A DNA stretch of 64,000 bases from Rubripirellula sp. (GTDB lineage: Bacteria; Planctomycetota; Planctomycetia; Pirellulales; Pirellulaceae). The notes beneath the pieces were generated by a model that was not told the DNA's origin, made no database searches, and was given only the letters and a program-made list of their open reading frames with translations. The translations under genes were made by a program, and so were the position numbers. Below, piece after piece: positions 40,853 to 50,956 of this stretch (the stretch's first letter is position 1; every line of letters starts with the position of its first letter). The stretch lies in NCBI GenBank assembly GCA_965216875.1, contig OZ244207.1, positions 5,984,001 to 6,048,000 on the forward strand, given 5' to 3'.

Positions 40853-41364
40853 ACAACGAAGCGATTGACATCGAGCGCGTCACGATCCGATATGCAACGG
40901 TGAAAGACGCCGCCGCCATCGCAAGCGTCTACAACTTTCACGTCGATGATGGCGGTTCCACATTCGACAACGCGCATTGGTCACCCGAGCGGATCGCTGA
41001 GCAATTGCCTCAGGAGTTGCCCAACGTTTGGTTTGTTGCCGAACAAGGCAAAGATCACCTCGGCTGGGCATCAGTGCGACGATACAGTGCCCGCTTTGGC
41101 TATCGGTACACATGTGAATCAGCGATCTACCTGGACCCGATCTCGTATGGAACCGGAGTTGCCGATGCGTTGCAAAACCGCATCGAGGCTCATTGCATCG
41201 ACCAAGGGATCCATCACGCCGTCGCGAAGATCGTGACCGACAATGTGCGGAGCATCGCCTTTCACCTGCGTCATGGCTATGAAGAAGTCGGCGTCCAACG
41301 CGAAGTCGGTCGCATGGACGGAAAATGGGTCGATGTCACGATCCTGCAACGCATCTTTGAATAG
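40849..41364 (+). CDS. GNAT N-acetyltransferase (phosphinothricin/YncA-like)
   Basis: ESAIYL, NVRSIAFH..GY, GKWVDVTILQ; ATGA overlap with the upstream gene. Confidence 0.9.
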   Translation: MNNEAIDIERVTIRYATVKDAAAIASVYNFHVDDGGSTFDNAHWSPERIAEQLPQELPNVWFVAEQGKDHLGWASVRRYSARFGYRYTCESAIYLDPISYGTGVADALQNRIEAHCIDQGIHHAVAKIVTDNVRSIAFHLRHGYEEVGVQREVGRMDGKWVDVTILQRIFE

Positions 41365-41376
41365 TTGACTTTGCCG

Positions 41377-41576
41377 GCCGAACGCGCTAGCGTCGGGTCC
41401 TGCCAGTGATGGTGCGTGAAGAAATAACTGCCGCTTACAGGTGAGCCGAGACTCGCGTAAGTGGCCGGGCCCTTCGCTTGATGAACGCTTACCACCGCCC
41501 GTCATGCGGAGCATGACCTACGAAGAGGACGCGGAGCGTCCGGAGAGTGCGCTGCCACGCGGAGCGTGGTAACGAG
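41377..41576. repeat. REP mosaic between convergent genes
   Basis: GCCGAACGCGCTAGCGTCGG at 41377; GTGAGCCGAGACTCGCGTAAGTGGCCGGGCCC at 41441; GAGGACGCGGAGCGTCC..CCACGCGGAGCGTGG at 41525-41576, matching 32407-32457. Confidence 0.85.
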
Positions 41577-41596
41577 GTCCGAAAAAAGATGTTTGA

Positions 41597-42649
41597 TTAC
41601 TCGGTCACGCGGACTTCGCTGAGCATACTTTTTACGGCGGCGGCAACCAGGTCGGAGGGCAACGCGTACGAAACGACTCGGCCTGCTCGTGCGATGTTCA
41701 GACCAACGATGTTGCCGGCAGAATCGAGGATTGGGCCTCCGCATTCATAAGGATCGAGCACCGTGTCGTGCTGGATGACGCGATCAAATCCCGTCAGCCG
41801 TTGATTACGAGGGCCGTTTACTTTGGAATCGTTTTCCGACTCCTGCATCATCGCAAACTCGCGAATGCCCGCATCAATTTCAATGATGTCAGTTTCTCGC
41901 GATTCGTTCGAGCGACGAATCGTCAAACGGACACTTTCTCCCGAGTATTTGCCACGCAAGATCGTCATGACTCCCTTGGTGCTTTCCTCTTTGTGGCCGT
42001 TAACCGCAATGATCAAGTCACCCGGTTCCACCCCCGCGACATCCGCGCCGCTCTCTGGCCAAACGCCTTGAACGAGGGCACGGGAATTGGTTTGTTCAAA
42101 CATGATGCCGAGCTTGCCTTGATTGGCAATCTTGCGCTCGGGTCCGCCAACAACGCCGATTCCGATAGGACGACCAGCACGCCCGACGCTGACGAGGAAA
42201 CTGGCGACGCCGGGTGCAGGAGTATCGAAAGAGGCCGGATCAAGTTTTACATCGCCGTCGATTCGCAAAAGCGCCAAATCGTTTCCGCGTCGCACGGCCG
42301 CGACGCGCGCCGGGAACATTCGGCCATCCGCGAGGCGAACACGAATCGGATCGCCACTCAATTCGCTTCGCTTGGTCAACAAGTATCCGTCTTCGGAAAC
42401 GGCTGTCGCCAAAGAAACGGGCCGGCCAGCGATCAGAACTTGCGCTACCGATTTGCCCACCTCGTCTGACAATGGGCGAACAAGGCGAACCATTTGCCCG
42501 TTGTCGCGACGTTGATCTGCCATCGAAGTGGCGGCACCAACAACAACCAGCAACGCGGTGGCGACAAATCGGAGTGGACTCAAGTTTCTCATTCGCAAAA
42601 CCATTCGTAAGTCAGATCCTGTTGTTTGCTCTGGATGGTTCGACTTCAA
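41597..42649 (-). CDS. HtrA-like trypsin-fold/PDZ protein with altered catalytic residues
   Basis: YLLTKRSE (His absent), NDLALL, internal PDZ, ECGGP (Ser to Cys). Start may be 42604. Confidence 0.85.
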   Translation of the reverse strand: MKSNHPEQTTGSDLRMVLRMRNLSPLRFVATALLVVVGAATSMADQRRDNGQMVRLVRPLSDEVGKSVAQVLIAGRPVSLATAVSEDGYLLTKRSELSGDPIRVRLADGRMFPARVAAVRRGNDLALLRIDGDVKLDPASFDTPAPGVASFLVSVGRAGRPIGIGVVGGPERKIANQGKLGIMFEQTNSRALVQGVWPESGADVAGVEPGDLIIAVNGHKEESTKGVMTILRGKYSGESVRLTIRRSNESRETDIIEIDAGIREFAMMQESENDSKVNGPRNQRLTGFDRVIQHDTVLDPYECGGPILDSAGNIVGLNIARAGRVVSYALPSDLVAAAVKSMLSEVRVTE

Positions 42650-43722
42650 TCACCGCGACCGATTTCAACTCGCACGGCAATCGGTTCATTGTTACGACGA
42701 AGCCAAATTCGAACGCGTTCGCCAGGCATCGTGTCCGCCACGGCCGCCTTGAGCGAATCGAAGTTAGAAATCACGCGGTCACCGAACTGCTCAATCACGT
42801 CGTCGACTTGAATGCCATAACGTTGGGCCGGTGAGCCGTCGTAAACTTTGACCACGCGTGCTTCGCCTTCAGTCGTGCCACGCACGCCAAGGACGGGCCT
42901 GAAACCGGGCAGGTATCCCCAGGCTTCACCCGCAGCCAGCCGGTCCCATGAAAAATCGTAGTTGTCGATGGGAACGTGCAGGTTGTCTGCGACGTCATTT
43001 CCAATTCGACTGTGAACGGCAATCAATCGACCCGCGATGTCAAAAAGTGGGCCACCACTATCGCCACCAATCAACGCACAATCGGTCACGATCGCGCCGG
43101 TACGCACATCAAGGATGCGACCAATCCGAGTCACCGTTCCTCGATCGGACTTGTACCCACCGGGATGCCCCGTCGCCACACACCACATTCCTGGAACGAG
43201 ATTCTTGCTCGTCCCAAGGGTTGCATGTGGCCATGGTTTGCCGTCGTTTTGGCCCGAATTGATTTTGATCAACCCCGCATCAACATTGCGGTTCATTCCC
43301 AACGTGGTTGCAAAAATCACTCGGCCATTGGAAAGCGTGACGCGAGCTTCCTTGTTGGGCCGCATCGCCACATGAGCCGCAGTCAAGATGTAGCCGCTTT
43401 CGGAGATGATGACGCCACATCCTTGCGCTGGCCCAATCTGGACGCTAACCGTACAGTGCTGTGCGACTTCGGCGACTCGACGCTGCTGTTTCTCGAGCTG
43501 CCTGAGCTGATCGAGTGACTCGGGGACACCGCCAGCGTTGAGCAAGTCGGTGAGATTCGACGGCAGGGAAACGAGCGTTCCATCCGATTTGGGTGCGGGC
43601 AATCCTTGAGCCGTCACGGGACAGGCCATGAAAGCGCCGCACACAACGAGGATGACCGCCAAAGATTGGGCTGTCCGCGATCGGGTCTTCCAACGACTTT
43701 GGCTCTGGTCTCGAATCAACAT
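42646..43722 (-). CDS. S1C (HtrA-like) serine protease with PDZ domain
   Basis: ILTAAH, DAGL, GGDSGGPL, C-terminal PDZ. Confidence 0.92.
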   Translation of the reverse strand: MLIRDQSQSRWKTRSRTAQSLAVILVVCGAFMACPVTAQGLPAPKSDGTLVSLPSNLTDLLNAGGVPESLDQLRQLEKQQRRVAEVAQHCTVSVQIGPAQGCGVIISESGYILTAAHVAMRPNKEARVTLSNGRVIFATTLGMNRNVDAGLIKINSGQNDGKPWPHATLGTSKNLVPGMWCVATGHPGGYKSDRGTVTRIGRILDVRTGAIVTDCALIGGDSGGPLFDIAGRLIAVHSRIGNDVADNLHVPIDNYDFSWDRLAAGEAWGYLPGFRPVLGVRGTTEGEARVVKVYDGSPAQRYGIQVDDVIEQFGDRVISNFDSLKAAVADTMPGERVRIWLRRNNEPIAVRVEIGRGD

Positions 43723-43933
43723 AATCCTCGGGAAGAAACGGTGCGGTGCGAAGTGATCCCGCGTGATCTACGGAGTCTTTCCGCGTGATCCTCGGAGAAT
43801 GTCCGCCATGGAATCGGCTAAAAACCACATCGTCCCAGGCGGCAAAAAACGGCCGGATTCGTCCGACGCTCTATTGTAGCCTCTGAGCAATGAACTTGAA
43901 AAAGTGAACTGGGTAACGCGAAATACGGAAAAA

Positions 43934-44812
43934 ATGGCTTTTTCACCGCAAAAACTGCTCGTTTTCGGCTGTGGCTATCTCGGGAATCGGATTGCTCGAA
44001 AGTCCGTTTCTGCGGGAAGCGTCGTTTGGGCGACCACTCGAAATGACCAAAAGGCCCAGAAACTCGCCAAAGACGGGATCGAGCCTTTGATTGTCGACTG
44101 GAACGATGCTCGCTCGTTGAGCCGTTTGCCGCAGGTCGACGGCGTCGTCGTCGCAGTCAGTTACGACCGAAAGGGACGGCTCGATCGGTACCAATCTCAG
44201 GTCGGTGGGCTTTCGCGTCTACTCGATCATCTCCCGAAATCGACCCCCATCAGTTACATCAGCACCACCGGGGTTTACCACCAAACCGGTGGCGTGTGGG
44301 TCGACGAAACCTCGCCGACACGGCCCCGACGCGAGGGTGGCAAAGTCCACCTGCAAGCCGAGCAGCTTCTTCATCGGCACCGACCAGGCGGCCCCTGGTC
44401 GATCCTCCGGCTCGCTGGGATCTACGGCCCCGATCGAGTCCCGCGGGCTGCCGACGTCATTGCTGGCCGCAAAATCGCTTCACCTGCTGGCGGGTACCTC
44501 AACCTGATCCACGTTGACGATGCCGCCGAGGCAGCGATCCGATCGCTTGAATCGCCAAGTGGGCGACTTTACCTGGTTGCCGACGACCAACCGGTCCTGC
44601 GACGGGCCTTTTACCAACAGATCGCGTCACATTACGGGGCAGCTGAGCCGAGTTTTGAATCGCCCGACGCGAAACGGAGCCTTCGCAGTGACAGCAACAA
44701 ACGGATTTGGAATCGACGGATGAAGCGTGAGCTGATGCCAACGCTTCGTTTTCCAACCTACCGACAGGGTCTTGTCAGTGCGTTGCCCCCTAAGCCGCGA
44801 GTGAAGACGTGA
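43934..44812 (+). CDS. NAD-dependent epimerase/dehydratase (atypical SDR, YeeZ-like)
   Basis: FGCGYLG, YISTTGVY, LRLAGIYGP, NLIHVDD. Confidence 0.9.
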   Translation: MAFSPQKLLVFGCGYLGNRIARKSVSAGSVVWATTRNDQKAQKLAKDGIEPLIVDWNDARSLSRLPQVDGVVVAVSYDRKGRLDRYQSQVGGLSRLLDHLPKSTPISYISTTGVYHQTGGVWVDETSPTRPRREGGKVHLQAEQLLHRHRPGGPWSILRLAGIYGPDRVPRAADVIAGRKIASPAGGYLNLIHVDDAAEAAIRSLESPSGRLYLVADDQPVLRRAFYQQIASHYGAAEPSFESPDAKRSLRSDSNKRIWNRRMKRELMPTLRFPTYRQGLVSALPPKPRVKT

Positions 44813-44933
44813 CGCTCGACGAGAACCATTAATTATCGCAACCGTTGCTGAGTCAAATCGGCGGCAGGTTCCGATAATTGCGGCGGGTTCTTAGAATAGG
44901 GTCCTTTGACTCTTCCACCTTTCTACTGCTGAC

Positions 44934-45728
44934 ATGCTGGCTCGCAAACCAATTTTCCCTGGCGTTATCGAACTCAACTTCCAGGCAGGCGAAGTTTTTG
45001 GGTGCAACGTTTACCTGATCTACGACGCTGACGAATGGTTGCTGATTGACATTGGCTACGAAGAGACCGTGGATGACTTTGTCGAAATCATTCGGCAACT
45101 CGATTTTCCGCTTTCGCGTTGCAAGACCTTGGTCGCGACCCATGCGGACGTTGACCACATCCAAGGCTTGGCGAAGATCAAACAGTTGCTTCGGACAACC
45201 GTCACGGCACATCCCAACGCGGTGAAACCGCTGCAAACCGGCGACACGTTGTTGACGCTTGCCGAGATCGAAGCGCAAGACCTGAAGCTCTCGATGCCCA
45301 AGGTCGACATCGAACACCAAGTCAACGATGGCGACATCATCAAAGTCGGTTCGTTGGAGATCGAAGTTTGGCACACCCCAGGACACACGGACAGTCAACT
45401 TGCGTTTCGCATCGGCGACGTGTTGCTTAGCGGTGACAACATTTATCGCGACGGGTGCATCGGAGCCATCGATGCTCACCACGGCAGCGACATCAACGCG
45501 TTCGTTCAATCTCTCGAGCGGATTCGTGACAGCGACGTAAAATGGTTGGCACCGAGTCATGGGCCAATGTTCCGAAACGACCCCGACTTTATGAACAAGA
45601 CAATCGATCGCGTTCGCAGCTACCTGCAAATGGCCGACTTCGGGACACTCGCTGACAGCTGGCCTTTGATGGACCAATGGGAAACCGAAGTCGCCGACGG
45701 CGTCCTTCCCGAAGGTTTGGGCAAATAG
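44934..45728 (+). CDS. Metallo-beta-lactamase-fold hydrolase
   Basis: LIDIG, THADVDH, HTPGHT, SGD, PSHG. Confidence 0.9.
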   Translation: MLARKPIFPGVIELNFQAGEVFGCNVYLIYDADEWLLIDIGYEETVDDFVEIIRQLDFPLSRCKTLVATHADVDHIQGLAKIKQLLRTTVTAHPNAVKPLQTGDTLLTLAEIEAQDLKLSMPKVDIEHQVNDGDIIKVGSLEIEVWHTPGHTDSQLAFRIGDVLLSGDNIYRDGCIGAIDAHHGSDINAFVQSLERIRDSDVKWLAPSHGPMFRNDPDFMNKTIDRVRSYLQMADFGTLADSWPLMDQWETEVADGVLPEGLGK

Positions 45729-45834
45729 AGCTCCTGAGCGGCCGGCAAATCTCAGCTTAAAGGGCGCAAGCTCAAAAAATCTCGAAAAAGAGCGCGCCAT
45801 TCGCTTTTCTCATCGCACTACGCTAGTAGATGCC

Positions 45835-47928
45835 ATGAGACTCATCAATCAAACGACCGATGACGGGTCGATTGCGGAAACCGATCGACACGCCCCTGAC
45901 CAAGTGGATTTGTCCGCGTTCTCGGATGCGGACCTGCTGGACGGTTGGCGCCGCGACACACTTCCCGGCGCCTTGGAAACGCTCGTCAAGCGCTACAGTG
46001 TGATGGTCGGCAGCGTCTGTCGGCGGCGATGTCGCAACGACGCCGATGCCGACGACGCCTTTCAAACAACGTTTCTTTATTTGGCGCGGAACAGCCACAA
46101 AATTCGGCATGCCGAACGCTTGCCCGGTTGGTTGCACCGCGTTGCTCAAAGAGCTGCGGTGGCGACAACCAAATCGTCGAAACGAGAGACCGAGCCGATG
46201 GTCGAACCGCCTGACAAACCCGACGATCCCCTGGATCGATTGAGCCAGCGACACGAAGCGATCGTGTTGGACGAAGAGCTGGCTGACCTGCCCGAACACT
46301 ATCGCACCGCGTTGGTGATGCACATCTACGATGGCTTGCCGTTGCAACAACTTGCCGACCATTTCCAAACCACCATTGGATCGGTGCGTGGTCGTCTGCA
46401 GCGAGCCAAAAAGATGCTGGCCCAGCGACTACGACGGCGCGGCGTCGTTCCCGTCCTCGCCTTCGCCGCTGCCAATGCGTGGACCCTTTCAAACTCGGGC
46501 GCAGCAGTTGCCAGCCAAACCTTCACGGCAACGACCGGATCCGGACAACTCCCCGATCCTCCGATCGAAACTTCTCTTCTCGAAAATCTCCTCGCACAGG
46601 GAGCACGTGCCATGCCTACGATCTACACCACCACTGGACTGGCCGGCGGCGCAGCCCTTATCGCTATCGCGCTGGCCACCGGCAACTCAACACATGGCCA
46701 GACAGGTGACCACGACATCGATGCTCGCCAAGACAAAACGATTCGAATGGAATCACCCCAAGTCGTCGCGCAAGCTAACGGCGGTGTGATGCCTGAAGTC
46801 GCAGTGACCGAAACCCTCCCCACCAATCCACCTGCGGCGCAAGGCCAAGCCGGCAACATGGGCGGAATGGGTGGAGGAGGTATGGGCGGTATGGGATTCC
46901 CGCCGCCAAATACGAAAGGTGCCGAGCCAGGCATGATGTGGTCCCATCGGCCCACACTGCCCAAGCCGACCTCGCCGGTCGCCAAAATGGTTGAATCCAA
47001 ACTCAATGAACAAACCAACATTCAGGTCCAAGGCACCATCAGCGAATTGGATCAAAAGATCTCCGAGGCAACCGGTATTCCGGTGTTGATCGATGATCGC
47101 GCGTTGATTTTCGCGAATCTCAGCGGCAAGGAAAAAGTCGCTTACACCGCCTCCAATATCCCTCTGAGAACAGCGCTGCGGAACATGCTGCGAGACCACG
47201 GCCTTCGTGCGATCGTTGAAGACGAGGGTCTGGTGATCACGGCAGACCACGCGGCTTTGGTTCAAAAGGGAATCGGAACATCGCGTTGGATCAACGTTGA
47301 TGATTCGGCGGCGGAACTCATCGCCAAACGTTTGGCAGAACCGATTAGCGTCGAGTTTGCCGACACACCGTTGGGCGAGGCGATCGCAACCATTTCCCGC
47401 GACAGCGGAATGCCCATCGTGCTGGACACACTCGCCATCGAAGAAATCGGATTCGATTCGACAACGCCGATCACCTTCGCGTTATCGAATATCAAACTCG
47501 GCAGTGCATTCAAGATCATGCTTACGGACCTTGAGATGACGCTCACCATTCGCGGCGAAACCGCCGTGGTCACGACGGTCGAATCGGCCAGTCAGCGACT
47601 TCTCCATCGGATCTACTGGCTCGAAAGCACCGGCATTGCGACAGATGATTACCAGTCCGTGATGAACCTGATCACCAACACGATCCAGCCCGAAACCTGG
47701 GAACAACTTGGCGGGAACTCCCGGCTTTCGCCTTTGGGCTCCAAACGCCCTGCACTCTTGATTAGCACAAGCTATGACGTGCATGAAGAGATCGAATACC
47801 TCTTCGAGACACTTCGTGAGACACACTTTGGTGTTGATCCCGTACTGGAACCTGTCCAAGTACCAATGCAGGGTGTTGGCTTCGGTGGTGGAATGGGAGG
47901 AGGCATGGGCGGCGGCGGTTTCTTTTAA
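45835..47928 (+). CDS. ECF sigma factor with long C-terminal extension (STN/secretin-N-like repeats)
   Basis: DADDAFQTTF..LPGWLHRVA (sigma2), LPEHYR..GSVRGRLQRAK (sigma4), hydrophobic segment, EFADTPLGEAI, TIQPETWEQLGG. Confidence 0.88.
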   Translation: MRLINQTTDDGSIAETDRHAPDQVDLSAFSDADLLDGWRRDTLPGALETLVKRYSVMVGSVCRRRCRNDADADDAFQTTFLYLARNSHKIRHAERLPGWLHRVAQRAAVATTKSSKRETEPMVEPPDKPDDPLDRLSQRHEAIVLDEELADLPEHYRTALVMHIYDGLPLQQLADHFQTTIGSVRGRLQRAKKMLAQRLRRRGVVPVLAFAAANAWTLSNSGAAVASQTFTATTGSGQLPDPPIETSLLENLLAQGARAMPTIYTTTGLAGGAALIAIALATGNSTHGQTGDHDIDARQDKTIRMESPQVVAQANGGVMPEVAVTETLPTNPPAAQGQAGNMGGMGGGGMGGMGFPPPNTKGAEPGMMWSHRPTLPKPTSPVAKMVESKLNEQTNIQVQGTISELDQKISEATGIPVLIDDRALIFANLSGKEKVAYTASNIPLRTALRNMLRDHGLRAIVEDEGLVITADHAALVQKGIGTSRWINVDDSAAELIAKRLAEPISVEFADTPLGEAIATISRDSGMPIVLDTLAIEEIGFDSTTPITFALSNIKLGSAFKIMLTDLEMTLTIRGETAVVTTVESASQRLLHRIYWLESTGIATDDYQSVMNLITNTIQPETWEQLGGNSRLSPLGSKRPALLISTSYDVHEEIEYLFETLRETHFGVDPVLEPVQVPMQGVGFGGGMGGGMGGGGFF

Positions 47929-48027
47929 AAACCTCGCTCGCGACTTCTGGGAGATCGTCAGCTTTCGTTCCCTCGAGATTGCCGCGCGCTGACCAACCGT
48001 CCGGCCGACGCGCGTGCACCGAGCAAC

Positions 48028-49551
48028 CTACGCTGACAGATTCGATCCAACATCAGTGCGGTAAGCTGACCAAGCTGGCAAGAATCCGGCGAGCAGCGCC
48101 AGTCCCAACACGAGTGGCAAAATCGCAAGCTCCAAAGTGCTTGTCGTAAACAGCCCGATTTGGACGCCGGTTTGATCTTCGATTTGCCCGCTGTAACACC
48201 ACATGGCAAGGTGCGCGAGAAACCAACCAAGGATGCCTCCGATCACAGCGATCAATCCGCTTTCGCAAAGGATGATCGAAGTGACCGTACCGCGTCTGGC
48301 TCCGAGAGCACGCATCACAGCGATGTCGCGGCGGCGGTCATTCATCGAGTTGTAAATCGCAACCAGGACTCCAACGGCCGCAACAACGCAGGTGATCAGC
48401 GTGATGATCAGCAACGCCGTCATCAGCGGTCCGACAATCAGTCCCATGAGTTTGTTGATCTCGCCGATCGGCGCGGCCGCTTGAGACCAGGGCAGTTCAT
48501 TGATCGCATTCTGCATGGCGGGTGCAAACATCAGGTTGCCGTTGCGAACGAGAATCGCGGTTACTTCGCGCTCTGGTATCGAAAGCAAACGAAACTCGTC
48601 GGTCTCGTGATCACCATTGGAAGCCGCCCCTTTTTCAACAAGGATCTTTGTTTCGCCCTCTTCTTCTTGGAGCGTGACCAACCGAACACCGTTGCCGTCG
48701 CCAACGTTAGCTTGGTCATCGGAAGCCTCTTCATCACCCTCGGATGATTCAGCATCCTCGCTCGCATCCTCTTCGACCGTAGCGGACTCGTCCTCTTCGA
48801 TCGGCTTCGCGTGACCGTCCATCAGGTAAAAGCCTTCGAGGTTCACAAAGGCCGCGCGGTCATTGGGGGTGCCGGTTGGATCCATCACGCCCACGATGGT
48901 GAAACCCAAGTCATGGCCGTGACCGCTTGGATCACCATGCGTCGGATAGAACTTGTCGCCAACGCCAACACCCATGTCTTTGGCCACGCGCGATCCCAAG
49001 ACCGCTTCGAAGTAGCTATTCTCGGTTGAGAATTCGACGAATGCTCGGCCGTCGGCGAACGTGAACTCCTCATCCACATTGGGTCCGTGGCGAAGCTTTT
49101 CGAAAAAGCCAGGAACCGTACCCACGACGCGGTATTGGCCAAAGTAATCGCCCAGAGCAAGTGGAATCACATATCCACCTGAGACGTACGGCGCGTATCG
49201 ACCGCCCCGTTTGGCCAACTCCGAATCGCCGCCATACTTGGCGACCATCGCGGCGCGTTCTTCCTGCGTGAAGAACTCCATGTATTCACTGTAGGGAAGA
49301 TTCTCGATGGGCTGGCTGAGGTAGTAGACGCTGTTGAGCGTCAATTGCAGCGGGCTTCCTTTGGGGCCAACCACCAGGTTGTAACCCACCGATGCGTTAC
49401 GGGTGAACGCTTCCGAGATCACTCCGTAAATTGACAAGACCAGCGCCACCAAACCAACACCGAGGGCCAACGACAACGTCGTCAGCACACTCGAGAGAGA
49501 ACGATGGCAAAAGTTTCGCCAAGCGATTTGCAAAAGCGGCATGACAGGCAA
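48028..49551 (-). CDS. ABC transporter permease (MacB/FtsX family)
   Basis: IAWRN, GPKGSPLQLTLNSVY, RRRDIAVMRALGA, LPAWSAYRTDV. Confidence 0.92.
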   Translation of the reverse strand: MPVMPLLQIAWRNFCHRSLSSVLTTLSLALGVGLVALVLSIYGVISEAFTRNASVGYNLVVGPKGSPLQLTLNSVYYLSQPIENLPYSEYMEFFTQEERAAMVAKYGGDSELAKRGGRYAPYVSGGYVIPLALGDYFGQYRVVGTVPGFFEKLRHGPNVDEEFTFADGRAFVEFSTENSYFEAVLGSRVAKDMGVGVGDKFYPTHGDPSGHGHDLGFTIVGVMDPTGTPNDRAAFVNLEGFYLMDGHAKPIEEDESATVEEDASEDAESSEGDEEASDDQANVGDGNGVRLVTLQEEEGETKILVEKGAASNGDHETDEFRLLSIPEREVTAILVRNGNLMFAPAMQNAINELPWSQAAAPIGEINKLMGLIVGPLMTALLIITLITCVVAAVGVLVAIYNSMNDRRRDIAVMRALGARRGTVTSIILCESGLIAVIGGILGWFLAHLAMWCYSGQIEDQTGVQIGLFTTSTLELAILPLVLGLALLAGFLPAWSAYRTDVGSNLSA

Positions 49552-49557
49552 ACTCTT

Positions 49558-50238
49558 TTATGCGGCGGGAGCTTCTTTGAAAGCTCGGTTGATTTCATCC
49601 AGCTGGTCGACTCGGTCGAACTTCCCAGCCACTTCCATGCTGTGAGTGACCATCAACAGCGACACGTTTTCTTCTTGGCACGACTGGCGAATGAGCTGCA
49701 AAACCTCCTCGGCACTCTTGGGGTCAACGTTTGCGGTCGGTTCATCCGCCAACAGGACCTTTGGCTTGCTTGCCAGTGCCCGAGCGATCGCGACGCGTTG
49801 CTGTTGGCCAACCGACAATTGACTGGGGCGATAATGAGCCCGATCGGCCAAGCCAACGCGGGCTAACAAATCGGCTGCTCGCCCGTGATCGGTACCACCA
49901 TGGCCAAACGTCATCCCCAGGCGAACGTTTTCGATCGCCGAAAAAGCGGGCAGCAGGTTAAAGGTTTGAAAGACATAACCGATTGCGGAAGCGCGAAACC
50001 GATCGCGACCTTGCTCGCTGAGCATTGTCAATTCGGTTCCACCCACTTTGATGCTGCCGGTGTCGGGAACGAGCAGTCCGGCAATCAAGTGCAACAGTGT
50101 GGTTTTGCCACCGCCACTTTGACCGATCAGCGCAACCTGTTCGCCATCGGCGATTTTGAATTCGGCAACATCCAGGACAGTCAATTCGCCCCCTCCCGGT
50201 TGAGGGAAGCGTTTGACCAAGTCTTTGATCTCTAACAT
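49558..50238 (-). CDS. ABC transporter ATP-binding protein (LolD/MacB-like)
   Basis: GQSGGGKTT, LSVGQQQRVAIARAL, LLADEPT, VTH. Confidence 0.93.
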   Translation of the reverse strand: MLEIKDLVKRFPQPGGGELTVLDVAEFKIADGEQVALIGQSGGGKTTLLHLIAGLLVPDTGSIKVGGTELTMLSEQGRDRFRASAIGYVFQTFNLLPAFSAIENVRLGMTFGHGGTDHGRAADLLARVGLADRAHYRPSQLSVGQQQRVAIARALASKPKVLLADEPTANVDPKSAEEVLQLIRQSCQEENVSLLMVTHSMEVAGKFDRVDQLDEINRAFKEAPAA

Positions 50239-50243
50239 GCGTC

Positions 50244-50747
50244 TTATCGTCCTCGCATCGCGCGTTGAAGTCCGCGGTCCGCGTCTCGTTTCTTGAGAGT
50301 TTCGCGTTTGTCGTGCAGCTTCTTACCTTTGACCAAACCCATCACACATTTGGCAAATCCGCGGTCATTGAAATACACGCGAAGTGGAATGAGGGTTAAA
50401 CCGCGTTCATGTGCCCGGCCGGCAAACTTTTGGAATTCCCGTTGGTGAACTAACAGTTTTCGAGGCCGACGCGGATCGTGGTTCCACATTCCGGCGTTGT
50501 TGTAATGAGCGATGTCGGCACCAACCAACCACAACTCGCTGTCCTTGACCCGTATGTGAGCCTCGTCGAGCGACAGCTTGCCTTCGCGCATCGATTTGAC
50601 CTCGCTGCCGATCAACATCATCCCGCATTCGATCGAATCGAGTATCTCGTAGCGGTGCCGAGCCTTGCGGTTGTCGGCGACCATCGTGATGTTCGGCTGC
50701 GATTTCTTGCTGGCCGATTTCTTGTCTTTCTTTTTCTTTTTTCCCAT
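50244..50747 (-). CDS. smpB: SsrA-binding protein
   Basis: NRKARHRY, GSEVKSMR, RKLL, GKKLHDKRE. Confidence 0.97.
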   Translation of the reverse strand: MGKKKKKDKKSASKKSQPNITMVADNRKARHRYEILDSIECGMMLIGSEVKSMREGKLSLDEAHIRVKDSELWLVGADIAHYNNAGMWNHDPRRPRKLLVHQREFQKFAGRAHERGLTLIPLRVYFNDRGFAKCVMGLVKGKKLHDKRETLKKRDADRGLQRAMRGR

Positions 50748-50956
50748 GACCGGGAAATTCTAGCGGGGGACGGTCGGTTGCCGTAGAGCGGGATGGAGGG
50801 CAATCCGAGCACCAATCTGTGATCGCGTGCTTGACCAGAGGCAGGCGGATCGCCACGGGCGCTGGACCGACAGCCCTTAGCCACATCGTGACGACCTACT
50901 ACAATGCGGTTCCAAGGTCGATTTGGTTCGTTAATTCCCCGAGAAATGTCCCGCTA

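Noticed and set aside
45138..45158. HxDxDH variant of the MBL motif as a novel or resistance enzyme
   Set aside because: A single ligand substitution in a very diverse fold; there is no signal peptide or context suggesting a beta-lactamase.
50748..50956. tmRNA (ssrA) next to smpB
   Set aside because: The gap is too short and shows no tRNA-like ends or tag reading frame.
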